Source: Candidatus Magasanikiibacteriota bacterium (GTDB lineage: Bacteria > Patescibacteriota > Patescibacteriia > Magasanikbacterales > UBA922). Taken from it: a stretch of DNA of 55,305 bases. Positions 48,992 to 55,305 of the stretch are shown piece after piece (position 1 is the first letter of the stretch; each line of letters opens with the position of its first letter). The DNA is taken from assembly GCA_016193335.1 (NCBI GenBank), contig JACPSK010000004.1:1-55305 (forward strand), in the 5' to 3' direction. The notes under the pieces are model-generated. The model saw only the letters and a list, made by a program, of their open reading frames with translations, was not told where the DNA came from and ran no database searches. Position numbers and translations under genes: made by a program.

Positions 48992-49576
48992 ATGGACTTG
49001 GCACGAGGGCTTAAAGAAATTCGACGTCTGAGGGACGCCGGAGTGCTCCTGGACATTGAGGGCCATCGTCTTGACCAGAGCGCGGGTGTGGTAATGGTCT
49101 GTTGCGCGGACGGCGACCAGATGCATGATGTCTACACGACCCAGGCGGAGATGCAACGTGAACAGCGCGGAGAACCGCGCGTTCATCTTTTGTCCTGGAA
49201 TGGCGGGGCTTTGAGGCTTTTGGCCGATTCGCCCACGAATCGTCGTATTACGACAGCCCAAGAATTCTTGGACGAGATCAGGGACGCCTCGGTTCTGAAG
49301 AGTATCCCGGTTGTGGCGCTTTACGCTCACTTTCCTTGCGGAAAGGTGAAAGATACTCGCTTGGAGATTCAGCAAGTCTTTGCGGGCCTGATTGCCGCGA
49401 AGCAACGTCTCAAGCGGGAAATTCCCGGGGTCAGAGTAGCTTGCTTTTTTCATGTGGACTATCCAGATGTAGAAGCAGGCGAAACAGGATCTGGCCCTCG
49501 CAAGCGCACCTATTTCTTGTCCGTTGCTCGGTACATGGAGCTATACGACGCTAGGAGTGTTGGCTGTGTCGCGTAG
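48992..49576 (+). CDS. hypothetical protein (194 aa), GC-rich relative to neighbours
   Basis: The ORF has a purine-rich RBS (aggagagag). I recognise no family. Confidence 0.5.
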   Translation: MDLARGLKEIRRLRDAGVLLDIEGHRLDQSAGVVMVCCADGDQMHDVYTTQAEMQREQRGEPRVHLLSWNGGALRLLADSPTNRRITTAQEFLDEIRDASVLKSIPVVALYAHFPCGKVKDTRLEIQQVFAGLIAAKQRLKREIPGVRVACFFHVDYPDVEAGETGSGPRKRTYFLSVARYMELYDARSVGCVA

Positions 49577-49699
49577 CACAAGCCCCCATCGCTCCCTGAG
49601 GAACAAGCTCCTCGGGGAGTGTGGGGGAAGAAACAGTTTGAGAGAATTTTGGATGTCTTTTTGACAGACTATTCTGACCATGATAGTCTATAAATACAT

Positions 49700-49744
49700 A
49701 TGAAAAAGATTTTGAATAATAATTTGAATCCAAACAGCGTGTAG
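49700..49744 (+). CDS. candidate 14-codon Asn-rich leader peptide MKKILNNNLNPNSV
   Basis: atg aaa aag att ttg aat aat aat ttg aat cca aac agc gtg tag. It is preceded by TTGACA (49661)-17-TAGTCT (49684-49689), overlapping TATAAAT. Mutually exclusive hairpins follow it. Confidence 0.3.
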   Translation: MKKILNNNLNPNSV

Positions 49745-49765
49745 CGCGGTTTTTTTGCATAAGCT

Positions 49766-49792
49766 AAAAAAGCCCGCGCCCGCGGGTTTTTT
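49766..49792. terminator. intrinsic (bidirectional) terminator 25 nt upstream of tRNA-Asn
   Basis: aaaaaag-cccgc-gccc-gcggg-tttttt. Its 5' arm ccgcgc (49774-49779) can instead pair with gcgcgg (49744-49749), and the A-run can pair with the T-run at 49751-49756. Confidence 0.6.
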
Positions 49793-49816
49793 GTTCCTTC
49801 CAGATTCTATAAGTAT

Positions 49817-49891
49817 TCCCCTGTAGTTCAATGGTAGAACACCTCGCTGTTAACGAGGACGTTGTAGGTTCGAGTCCTACCGGGGGAGCCA
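49817..49891 (+). tRNA. tRNA-Asn (anticodon GUU), CCA encoded
   Basis: tcccctg-ta-gttc-aatggta-gaac-a-cctcg-ctGTTaa-cgagg-acgtt-gtagg-ttcgagt-cctac-cggggga-g-cca. Confidence 0.9.
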
Positions 49892-51493
49892 TATGGGATG
49901 AGCAGAGCCAAAAGCTCTGCTTTTCTCTTTATTTACGGGCTTATTCAGATGTTCGAATATTTTATTTTGGTCTATTTTCTCTCCCATAAGCTCGCCGACT
50001 CGGTCAAAGATGATTTTAAACGCTTTGTGGAATGAAACCTCGACTTTTTTGCCGTTTAGCGTGGTGTTCGAAAAAATCAGGGACAAAAGCAGTTTCTTGT
50101 CGTCCACCATCTCCTGTTTGTCCCGGTTGATGTAAATTTTCCATGCCTTCTTGGCCACTTGCAGGACTGTCTCTCCCATTTCGTAGTACTTCAGGTTGGC
50201 ATCCTTGTGCTTATTGAGGCTGTCCAGTATCTGTTCTTGCTCGACTTTGTACTGGTCGTACTTCTTTTTGTAAAATTCCTCGCTGATTTTCTCGTCGATC
50301 TTGTCATCGTATATCTTATCCAGCCGTTGCGTGGCGACTTCATACCGGCGGTTGAGCTCGGCCGTGGACTTGTCGCGGAATTCTATCTCCTCGCTATGGC
50401 TTTCTTTGAGGGCTTCCTGAACCCATGAAAGCATGCTTTCTACGGCCTGCTCACCTTTGGGATTTAAGGTATTGATGGTTTCTATCAACTGCGTATCCAA
50501 GACCTCCTGCCGGACAAACTCCCGTTGTTGGCAGTTTTTGTAATGGTTGCAGTGACCGTACCAGTGGCCTCGTTGTATTTCCCAAGTTATCCGGCCCTTG
50601 CATTCGTTGCATCGGAAGACATTTTTAAAGAACGGATTATGCTTGAAGTATCTCGGCGTACCGTTGGCGTGCATTATCTCCTGGCACCGGTCGAATAATT
50701 CCTTGGTGATAAGCGGCTCGTGTCCGCCTTTGGTCAGCCGGTTATTCCAGCGATTCATGCCAAAGTAGAACGGATCGCCTAAGAGCTGATGGACTCGCGA
50801 GTGGCTCACTTTATTTCCTCCTCGGGACCGCATACCCTGCTCGTGCATGACATCCGCAAGTTTTTTAGTTGAATAGCGGTTGCTGGCATAAAGATCAAAC
50901 ATTTTCTTGACTAGCGGTGCTTTGTCTGGATCAGGCACATGGATTTTGTGCCCTTTCTCGCCGACGGTTTTATATCCAAGCGGCGGTTTGGCCGGAAGCC
51001 AGCCTTGCGAGAGTTTTTCTTTCTGTCCTTTTCTTACGTTTTCGGAAAGCAGACGGATGTAGTATTCGGCTGTGGCAACTTTCACTCGCCACATAAACCA
51101 CTCATGCGACTTGGAGTCTTTGTGGAGCGTACAGCTTTCTTTGACGAGATGGATCGTGTGCTTTTCATCGGCCAGTATCCACTCGTCTATGACCGGCACA
51201 TCGGCGAAGTTTCTGGTGAGACGGTCAGTTGTTTCCACAAAGACCGTATTGATCTTGGCCTTGGTTACGAACGCCATCATTTCGTGGAATATCTTGCGCT
51301 GGATTTTTCCGGCGGCCGATTCCTGAATGGCAAACACTTTTACGAGCTCATAGCCATTCCGGTCGGCATAGTCCCGTAAAAGTTTCTCCTGGGCCGGTAG
51401 CGAGTAGCCGGTGTCCTCCTGATCCTTGGAAGACACCCGGGCGTAGCCTACGGCTTGCATCGATTGATTTTCTTGATTCATTGTCATAGTCAT
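49877..51493 (-). CDS. large serine recombinase (phage-integrase-type)
   Basis: Resolvase catalytic motif VGYARVSSKDQ, a recombinase domain, the zinc ribbon CNECKGR...HCNHYKNC, and a long coiled-coil C-terminal region; 538 aa. Confidence 0.9.
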   Translation of the reverse strand: MTMTMNQENQSMQAVGYARVSSKDQEDTGYSLPAQEKLLRDYADRNGYELVKVFAIQESAAGKIQRKIFHEMMAFVTKAKINTVFVETTDRLTRNFADVPVIDEWILADEKHTIHLVKESCTLHKDSKSHEWFMWRVKVATAEYYIRLLSENVRKGQKEKLSQGWLPAKPPLGYKTVGEKGHKIHVPDPDKAPLVKKMFDLYASNRYSTKKLADVMHEQGMRSRGGNKVSHSRVHQLLGDPFYFGMNRWNNRLTKGGHEPLITKELFDRCQEIMHANGTPRYFKHNPFFKNVFRCNECKGRITWEIQRGHWYGHCNHYKNCQQREFVRQEVLDTQLIETINTLNPKGEQAVESMLSWVQEALKESHSEEIEFRDKSTAELNRRYEVATQRLDKIYDDKIDEKISEEFYKKKYDQYKVEQEQILDSLNKHKDANLKYYEMGETVLQVAKKAWKIYINRDKQEMVDDKKLLLSLIFSNTTLNGKKVEVSFHKAFKIIFDRVGELMGEKIDQNKIFEHLNKPVNKEKSRAFGSAHPIWLPR

Positions 51494-51567
51494 TTTTGGT
51501 TAATAATTATTTGTTCGAATGCGACCTTTGGTACCACTACGCACCCTATACTAATTTTTCGGACAAG

Positions 51568-52104
51568 CTAAGCTCGAGTTGCCCACATTCTCCTTTCAAG
51601 TGATTTTCTAGACGCGAAACCGCAAATTTCTATAAGGGTTTCTGTCGGCACGTAGGTCTTATGTGCTATCAGCGTCCGGATCATCTTGTCCCGGTAGCTA
51701 TTTACTTCCAAACGGTAACAGTGATCGCTTTTTGGTTCGCAATACAACTCATTGTCGGCCGAGAAGAAGACCACTGTTTTATTCTTGACCGGCTGGATCG
51801 GCGTGGTTACTTTTTCAAACCAATAATCCACGACGTCCTTGGCAATCTTTTTTCTTTCAGTATCGTCCTGCTTCCGATATTCTTTGATGCCCGACAAAAT
51901 CTGTTCCGTCTTGGCGACATAGTTTTTATATTCCTGTCTCGTCTCTCGTAATTCATCGACGAGCATTCTTACGACATCCGTCGCTTGTCTTAAAGCCAAC
52001 ACCAGCCCGGCATTATCAAAAGCGTTTTGGACCGCGGACTTCGTCTCGAGAATATCAAATTTGTAGCAGGTCTCCATCGAGACCGTTCTCATTTTCATAA
52101 TCAT
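51568..52104 (-). CDS. hypothetical protein (178 aa)
   Basis: ORF co-oriented with the recombinase. I recognise no family. Confidence 0.45.
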   Translation of the reverse strand: MIMKMRTVSMETCYKFDILETKSAVQNAFDNAGLVLALRQATDVVRMLVDELRETRQEYKNYVAKTEQILSGIKEYRKQDDTERKKIAKDVVDYWFEKVTTPIQPVKNKTVVFFSADNELYCEPKSDHCYRLEVNSYRDKMIRTLIAHKTYVPTETLIEICGFASRKSLERRMWATRA

Positions 52105-52107
52105 TGT

Positions 52108-52217
52108 CAGTTAAACAAAAGGGCTCGCGATCCGTAATCACAAAAGTGATGTCAGACCGCGAGCCCTTGGACTCGGAATACCATTCAGGTCGCCCCTTGA
52201 AGCGATTATTTAACTGT
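52108..52217. promoter_or_regulatory. nested inverted repeats immediately upstream of the 178-aa gene
   Basis: Outer pair cagttaaa (52108-52115) / tttaactg (52210-52217). Inner perfect 11-bp pair aagggctcgcg (52119-52129) / cgcgagccctt (52158-52168), enclosing atcac-aaaa-gtgat. Confidence 0.45.
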
Positions 52218-52243
52218 TGAATTTATTGTAGCACTTTTTCGGG

Positions 52244-52297
52244 TTTGTTTACATCACCAAGCTAAATGTAAACAAACTGGCATATTTTGTTTACATT
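52244..52297. promoter_or_regulatory. three copies of TTGTTTACAT (one inverted): operator/iteron-like
   Basis: gtttgtttacat at 52244-52255, atgtaaacaaac at 52266-52277 and ttgtttacat at 52288-52297. Confidence 0.45.
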
Positions 52298-52601
52298 TTG
52301 GACTGGAATCGTCCTTTAAGGCTCTTTCCAGTCGGCGTTTCTGTAATGATACAAAAGTGTCATATTGCGGAAACGGCTCAAAGTTTAGTGAATGGGACCC
52401 ATTTTATGACCCTCATTCACTAAAGTTATTTATATTGCAACTTCAGACTCAAACTTGGAATATGGCTTTTCTTAATTGCGACTTAAGCATATTTGCTTAC
52501 CCGGACGTCGCCCTTGCATTTCCTTGTTTTGTGCATTATACTACTTGTAGTGCACAAGATTAGCTACTTTTGTGCAATAGACATAAAATAGTGCTAAAAA
52601 T

Positions 52602-53885
52602 ATGCTCAAAGACATAGTTTTAAAGCAAAAACTGAAAAAAGAAGAGCTTTTGCAGTCCGAGTACGTGGATAGAACCAAAGAGCCATTTGCCAAAAAATGG
52701 CTGGATTCGAATTTGATAAAAGTTGTTCTTGGGCCCCGACGTGCAGGAAAATCGGTGTTTTCGCTCCTGCTTTTGAAGGATCGCGATTTTATGTATTTTG
52801 ATTTTGACGACGAAGTATTAGCCTCGGAAGGTAGCATAGAAACAGCCGAATTAATGAAAGAATTGCATAGTGCGTATGGCGATGTTAAAACCATTCTTTT
52901 TGATGAAATTCAAAACTTGCCAGCTTGGGAATTATTTGTGAATCGGCTCCATCGGGAAGGTTATAACCTCGTCCTTACAGGATCGAATGCTCATCTCCTG
53001 TCCAAAGAGCTTGCAACTCACCTTACGGGCAGGCATATGCCGATAGAGTTACTCCCGTTCGATTTTAAGGAATTTTTGAAAGGTAAAAAATTTGAAATAG
53101 ACCCGGAGTATAAATCCTTGCCTGAAAAACATGGCCAGCTTTTGAATTTACTGGATCAATATTTATTAAAGGGCGGCTTTCCGGAAGTCGTGGTGAGCAA
53201 TCTTGATCCGGCGGACTATCTCGAAGTCCTCTTTGATTCGTTGCTCTTTAAAGATGTTGTAAAAAGGCACCGTGTAAAATTTTCAACGCAGATAAGCACG
53301 CTTGGATCGCACTTAGTCAATAATTTCGCCTCGCCCTACACGCTAAACAAATTGATGAATGCATTAAATCTAAAAAGCGTGCATACCGTGGCTAAATACA
53401 CCGCCTATTTAGAGGAGGCATATTTAATATTCTCACTCTCGCGATATTCTCCAAAATCAAGGCAACGAATAAACTCGCCGAAAAAAGTATATGTCGTGGA
53501 CAATGGTTTTGTGACCGCAAAAGCCATTCAGCATTCGCCGGACAAGGGCAAGCTCATGGAGAACTTGGTCTTCACAGAATTGGTAAAACGCGGAGTGAAG
53601 CCAAGTCGGGAACTGTTTTATTACAAAACCCGCAATGACCGCGAAGTTGATTTTGTCGTTAAAAAAGAGACGGAAGTAACCGAACTTATACAGGTATGCT
53701 ATGAGTCCATAAATCCGGATGTCGAGCAAAGAGAAACCAAAGCCCTCTTTGAAGCAAGCGGTGAATTACATGTCAAAAAACTTACTATCCTGACATGGGA
53801 TGAAAAACGAGAAGTAGAAAAAGACGGCTTGATGATACAATTTAAACCGCTTTGGGAATGGTTGCTTGAACCAGCAAAAAATTAA
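52602..53885 (+). CDS. AAA-family ATPase of the AAA_14 + DUF4143 type
   Basis: Walker A LGPRRAGKS and Walker B ILFDEIQ. The C-terminal region is typical of DUF4143 proteins; 427 aa. Confidence 0.75.
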   Translation: MLKDIVLKQKLKKEELLQSEYVDRTKEPFAKKWLDSNLIKVVLGPRRAGKSVFSLLLLKDRDFMYFDFDDEVLASEGSIETAELMKELHSAYGDVKTILFDEIQNLPAWELFVNRLHREGYNLVLTGSNAHLLSKELATHLTGRHMPIELLPFDFKEFLKGKKFEIDPEYKSLPEKHGQLLNLLDQYLLKGGFPEVVVSNLDPADYLEVLFDSLLFKDVVKRHRVKFSTQISTLGSHLVNNFASPYTLNKLMNALNLKSVHTVAKYTAYLEEAYLIFSLSRYSPKSRQRINSPKKVYVVDNGFVTAKAIQHSPDKGKLMENLVFTELVKRGVKPSRELFYYKTRNDREVDFVVKKETEVTELIQVCYESINPDVEQRETKALFEASGELHVKKLTILTWDEKREVEKDGLMIQFKPLWEWLLEPAKN

Positions 53886-53889
53886 ATAT

Positions 53890-54093
53890 ATGCCAAAGGA
53901 AATCGCCAACACAACTAAAAAGGAAATTCATTACAGGTGCAAAAAGTGCGGGGACGAAATTTATTGGAATACGCACAAGAAAATGATTATGTGCAAATAC
54001 GGAGCTCTCGGAGTCGATGGTTGCGAATTTTATGTGCGACTCATCGGCGATGAAACTGATCGGGAAGAAATTAAGAAACAAAGGAAATTATGA
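53890..54093 (+). CDS. small zinc-ribbon protein (hypothetical)
   Basis: CKKCGDEIYW...C..(x)..C. ATG 53890 lies just after the ATPase stop and the 3' end overlaps the radC start (ATGA). Confidence 0.45.
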   Translation: MPKEIANTTKKEIHYRCKKCGDEIYWNTHKKMIMCKYGALGVDGCEFYVRLIGDETDREEIKKQRKL

Positions 54094-54755
54094 AAATCAA
54101 AGATTTGCCAAAAGTCGATAGACCGCGAGAAAAACTGGAGAAATACGGCCCCGAGCGACTTTCGGATTCGGAACTTTTGGCTATTCTGTTACGAACCGGA
54201 AGCGAAGGCATAAATGTCGTGGAATTATCAAGTAAGATTTTAAGGAAATTCAGCGGTGTCGGTTTGGCCAAGGCATCGGTCAAGGAATTGAAAAACACAT
54301 TCGGTCTTGGAAGCGCGAAAGCGTGCGAGGTTGTTGCTTGTTACGAGCTCGGCCGCCGGCATTTACAAAACAAACAGTCGGTCCTGCTGTTATCCCCAAA
54401 AGACGTTTGGGATGAGCTTAAAGATATTCGCGATCACAAAAAAGAGCATTTCGTGATTTTCTTTTTGGATTCCAGAAATCAGGAAATCAAGCGCGAGATC
54501 GTTTCAGTCGGTTCACTTAATGCAAATCTCGTTCATCCGCGCGAAGTATTTGAGCCAGCTGTCCGGCATTTAGCCGCGCAGGTTATTATCGCTCACAATC
54601 ATCCAGCCGGCGATCCATCGCCATCGCAAGAAGATTCAGATATAACTAAGCAATTAGTTGATGCGGGAAAAATTTTGGGGATTGAAATTATAGACCATGT
54701 TATAGTTACGAAAGGTAAATTTTTAAGCATGAAGGAAAAAGGAATTTTAAAATAA
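54090..54755 (+). CDS. radC: RadC-family JAB/MPN-domain protein
   Basis: N-terminal SDSELLAILLRTG (HhH-like) and the JAMM motif AHNHPAGDPSPSQED. Confidence 0.9.
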   Translation: MKIKDLPKVDRPREKLEKYGPERLSDSELLAILLRTGSEGINVVELSSKILRKFSGVGLAKASVKELKNTFGLGSAKACEVVACYELGRRHLQNKQSVLLLSPKDVWDELKDIRDHKKEHFVIFFLDSRNQEIKREIVSVGSLNANLVHPREVFEPAVRHLAAQVIIAHNHPAGDPSPSQEDSDITKQLVDAGKILGIEIIDHVIVTKGKFLSMKEKGILK

Positions 54756-54759
54756 AACT

Positions 54760-55305
54760 ATGGATAATAAAATACAAAAATCAATTATAAATTATTTGGA
54801 AAGTCAGCCAAAAAAAGTTGCGAAATTTATTTTGCGTGAGAAAAAAGCAGAATACGGAGCCGATATTCAAAAACATCGTGACATTAAAAATATTTCCGGC
54901 GATGAAGAACTTGTCAGGGGTTATCTTATAACCAAATTAGTCAACGAATTGGGATATAAAGAGGCAAGTATTGAACTTGAAAAGGAATATGACATCGGAA
55001 GGCCAAAGGTAAATAAGCCGAGAATAGATGTGATTGTTCGAGACGAAAAAGGCAACGCCTTTTTGTACGTTGAGCTTAAGAGTCCGCAAGATTACGAAAA
55101 AGACAAAGATGAGGTTATTGAAAAACAACTTTTTAATCTCGCTTCGCAAGAACAAGGTCAGGGTAAAAAAGTAAAATATCTCGTTCTTTATACCGTTGAG
55201 GTTATTGGAGAAGAAATAAAAGACAAATGTATACTCATTGATTATGAAAAATTCAAATCTTTTGACTCATGGAAAGAGATCAGAGATTTTGCTGACGAAC
55301 TTCCG
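54760..55305 (+). CDS. 3'-truncated ORF starting with an HsdR_N-like PD-(D/E)xK nuclease domain (restriction/helicase-type enzyme N-terminus)
   Basis: The hand-translated frame is open from ATG 54760 to the window end (182 codons). RIDVIVRDEKGNAFLYVELKSP fits the D...E-x-K motif. This ORF is absent from the ORF track. Confidence 0.5.
   Translation, partial: MDNKIQKSIINYLESQPKKVAKFILREKKAEYGADIQKHRDIKNISGDEELVRGYLITKLVNELGYKEASIELEKEYDIGRPKVNKPRIDVIVRDEKGNAFLYVELKSPQDYEKDKDEVIEKQLFNLASQEQGQGKKVKYLVLYTVEVIGEEIKDKCILIDYEKFKSFDSWKEIRDFADELP

Larger units (their letters stand above)
49877..55305. mobile_element. integrative element (left end at tRNA-Asn 3' end; right end beyond the window)
   Basis: A large serine recombinase gene overlaps the last 15 nt of tRNA-Asn. 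Downstream are hypothetical and mobile-element-typical cargo genes (AAA/DUF4143, RadC-JAB, PD-(D/E)xK N-terminal domain). Confidence 0.6.

Noticed and set aside
52357-52563. 68-aa ORF in the element's control region.
   Set aside because: It has no RBS, overlaps inverted-repeat sites, and gives an unremarkable translation. It is more likely non-coding regulatory DNA.

Overview
55.3-kb bacterial window of moderate-to-low GC (about 40-45% by eye). I infer a reduced-genome Patescibacteria/CPR-like lineage. The evidence is a 23S-5S unit with no 16S or spacer tRNA upstream, a group I intron in the 23S peptidyl-transferase region, extra 23S helices, mostly Shine-Dalgarno-less genes and an endonuclease-Q homolog. 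Contents in order: (1) a XerC/D-like tyrosine recombinase, then the 23S (intron-containing) and 5S rRNA genes. (2) xth, a small acidic ORF, and a sugar-phosphate / UDP-GlcNAc block: glpX, fbaB, a strikingly GC-rich PfkB kinase cassette, trmB-family regulator, HAD hydrolase, a GlmU uridyltransferase-only protein, glmS, yvcK/glmR and a small GNAT. (3) A 1201-aa in-frame fusion of mitochondrial-type aconitase with type-II NADP isocitrate dehydrogenase, followed by SucC-like, SucD-like and short citrate-synthase-like genes. This is the citryl-CoA synthetase plus citryl-CoA lyase architecture. (4) A membrane ORF, an EndoQ-like PHP protein, a 33-aa Lys/Ala-rich protein built on a perfect 30-bp tandem repeat, and tRNA-Ile(UAU) plus tRNA-Arg(CCG). 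(5) rluD, gmk, rplS, uvrA, a Cys-rich pilin-like membrane protein, a CXXS DsbA-like protein, secG, a family-5 solute-binding protein, tRNA-Leu(CAG) and RNase J. (6) A 12-gene co-directional operon for the shikimate pathway plus Phe/Tyr synthesis and trpS. It is preceded by a promoter, a 16-codon leader ORF (MQGTSSRSYFYFYFTS) and an intrinsic terminator, which looks like a ribosome-mediated attenuator. (7) A GC-rich orphan gene, then a second look-alike leader (Asn-rich peptide, antiterminator/terminator pair) directly upstream of tRNA-Asn. (8) An integrative element starting at the 3' end of tRNA-Asn. It carries a large serine recombinase and cargo: an AAA/DUF4143 ATPase, a Zn-ribbon protein, RadC-JAB and a PD-(D/E)xK N-terminal domain protein truncated by the window end. 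Recurrent non-coding signals are an A/T-rich intergenic motif family (AAATTATAAATTAAAAATT, often preceded by CGTAGATA), two very long perfect or near-perfect hairpin elements, and canonical TTGACA-17-TAnnnT promoters. All coordinates of non-coding features were derived by eye; rRNA ends are accurate to about +-10 nt.
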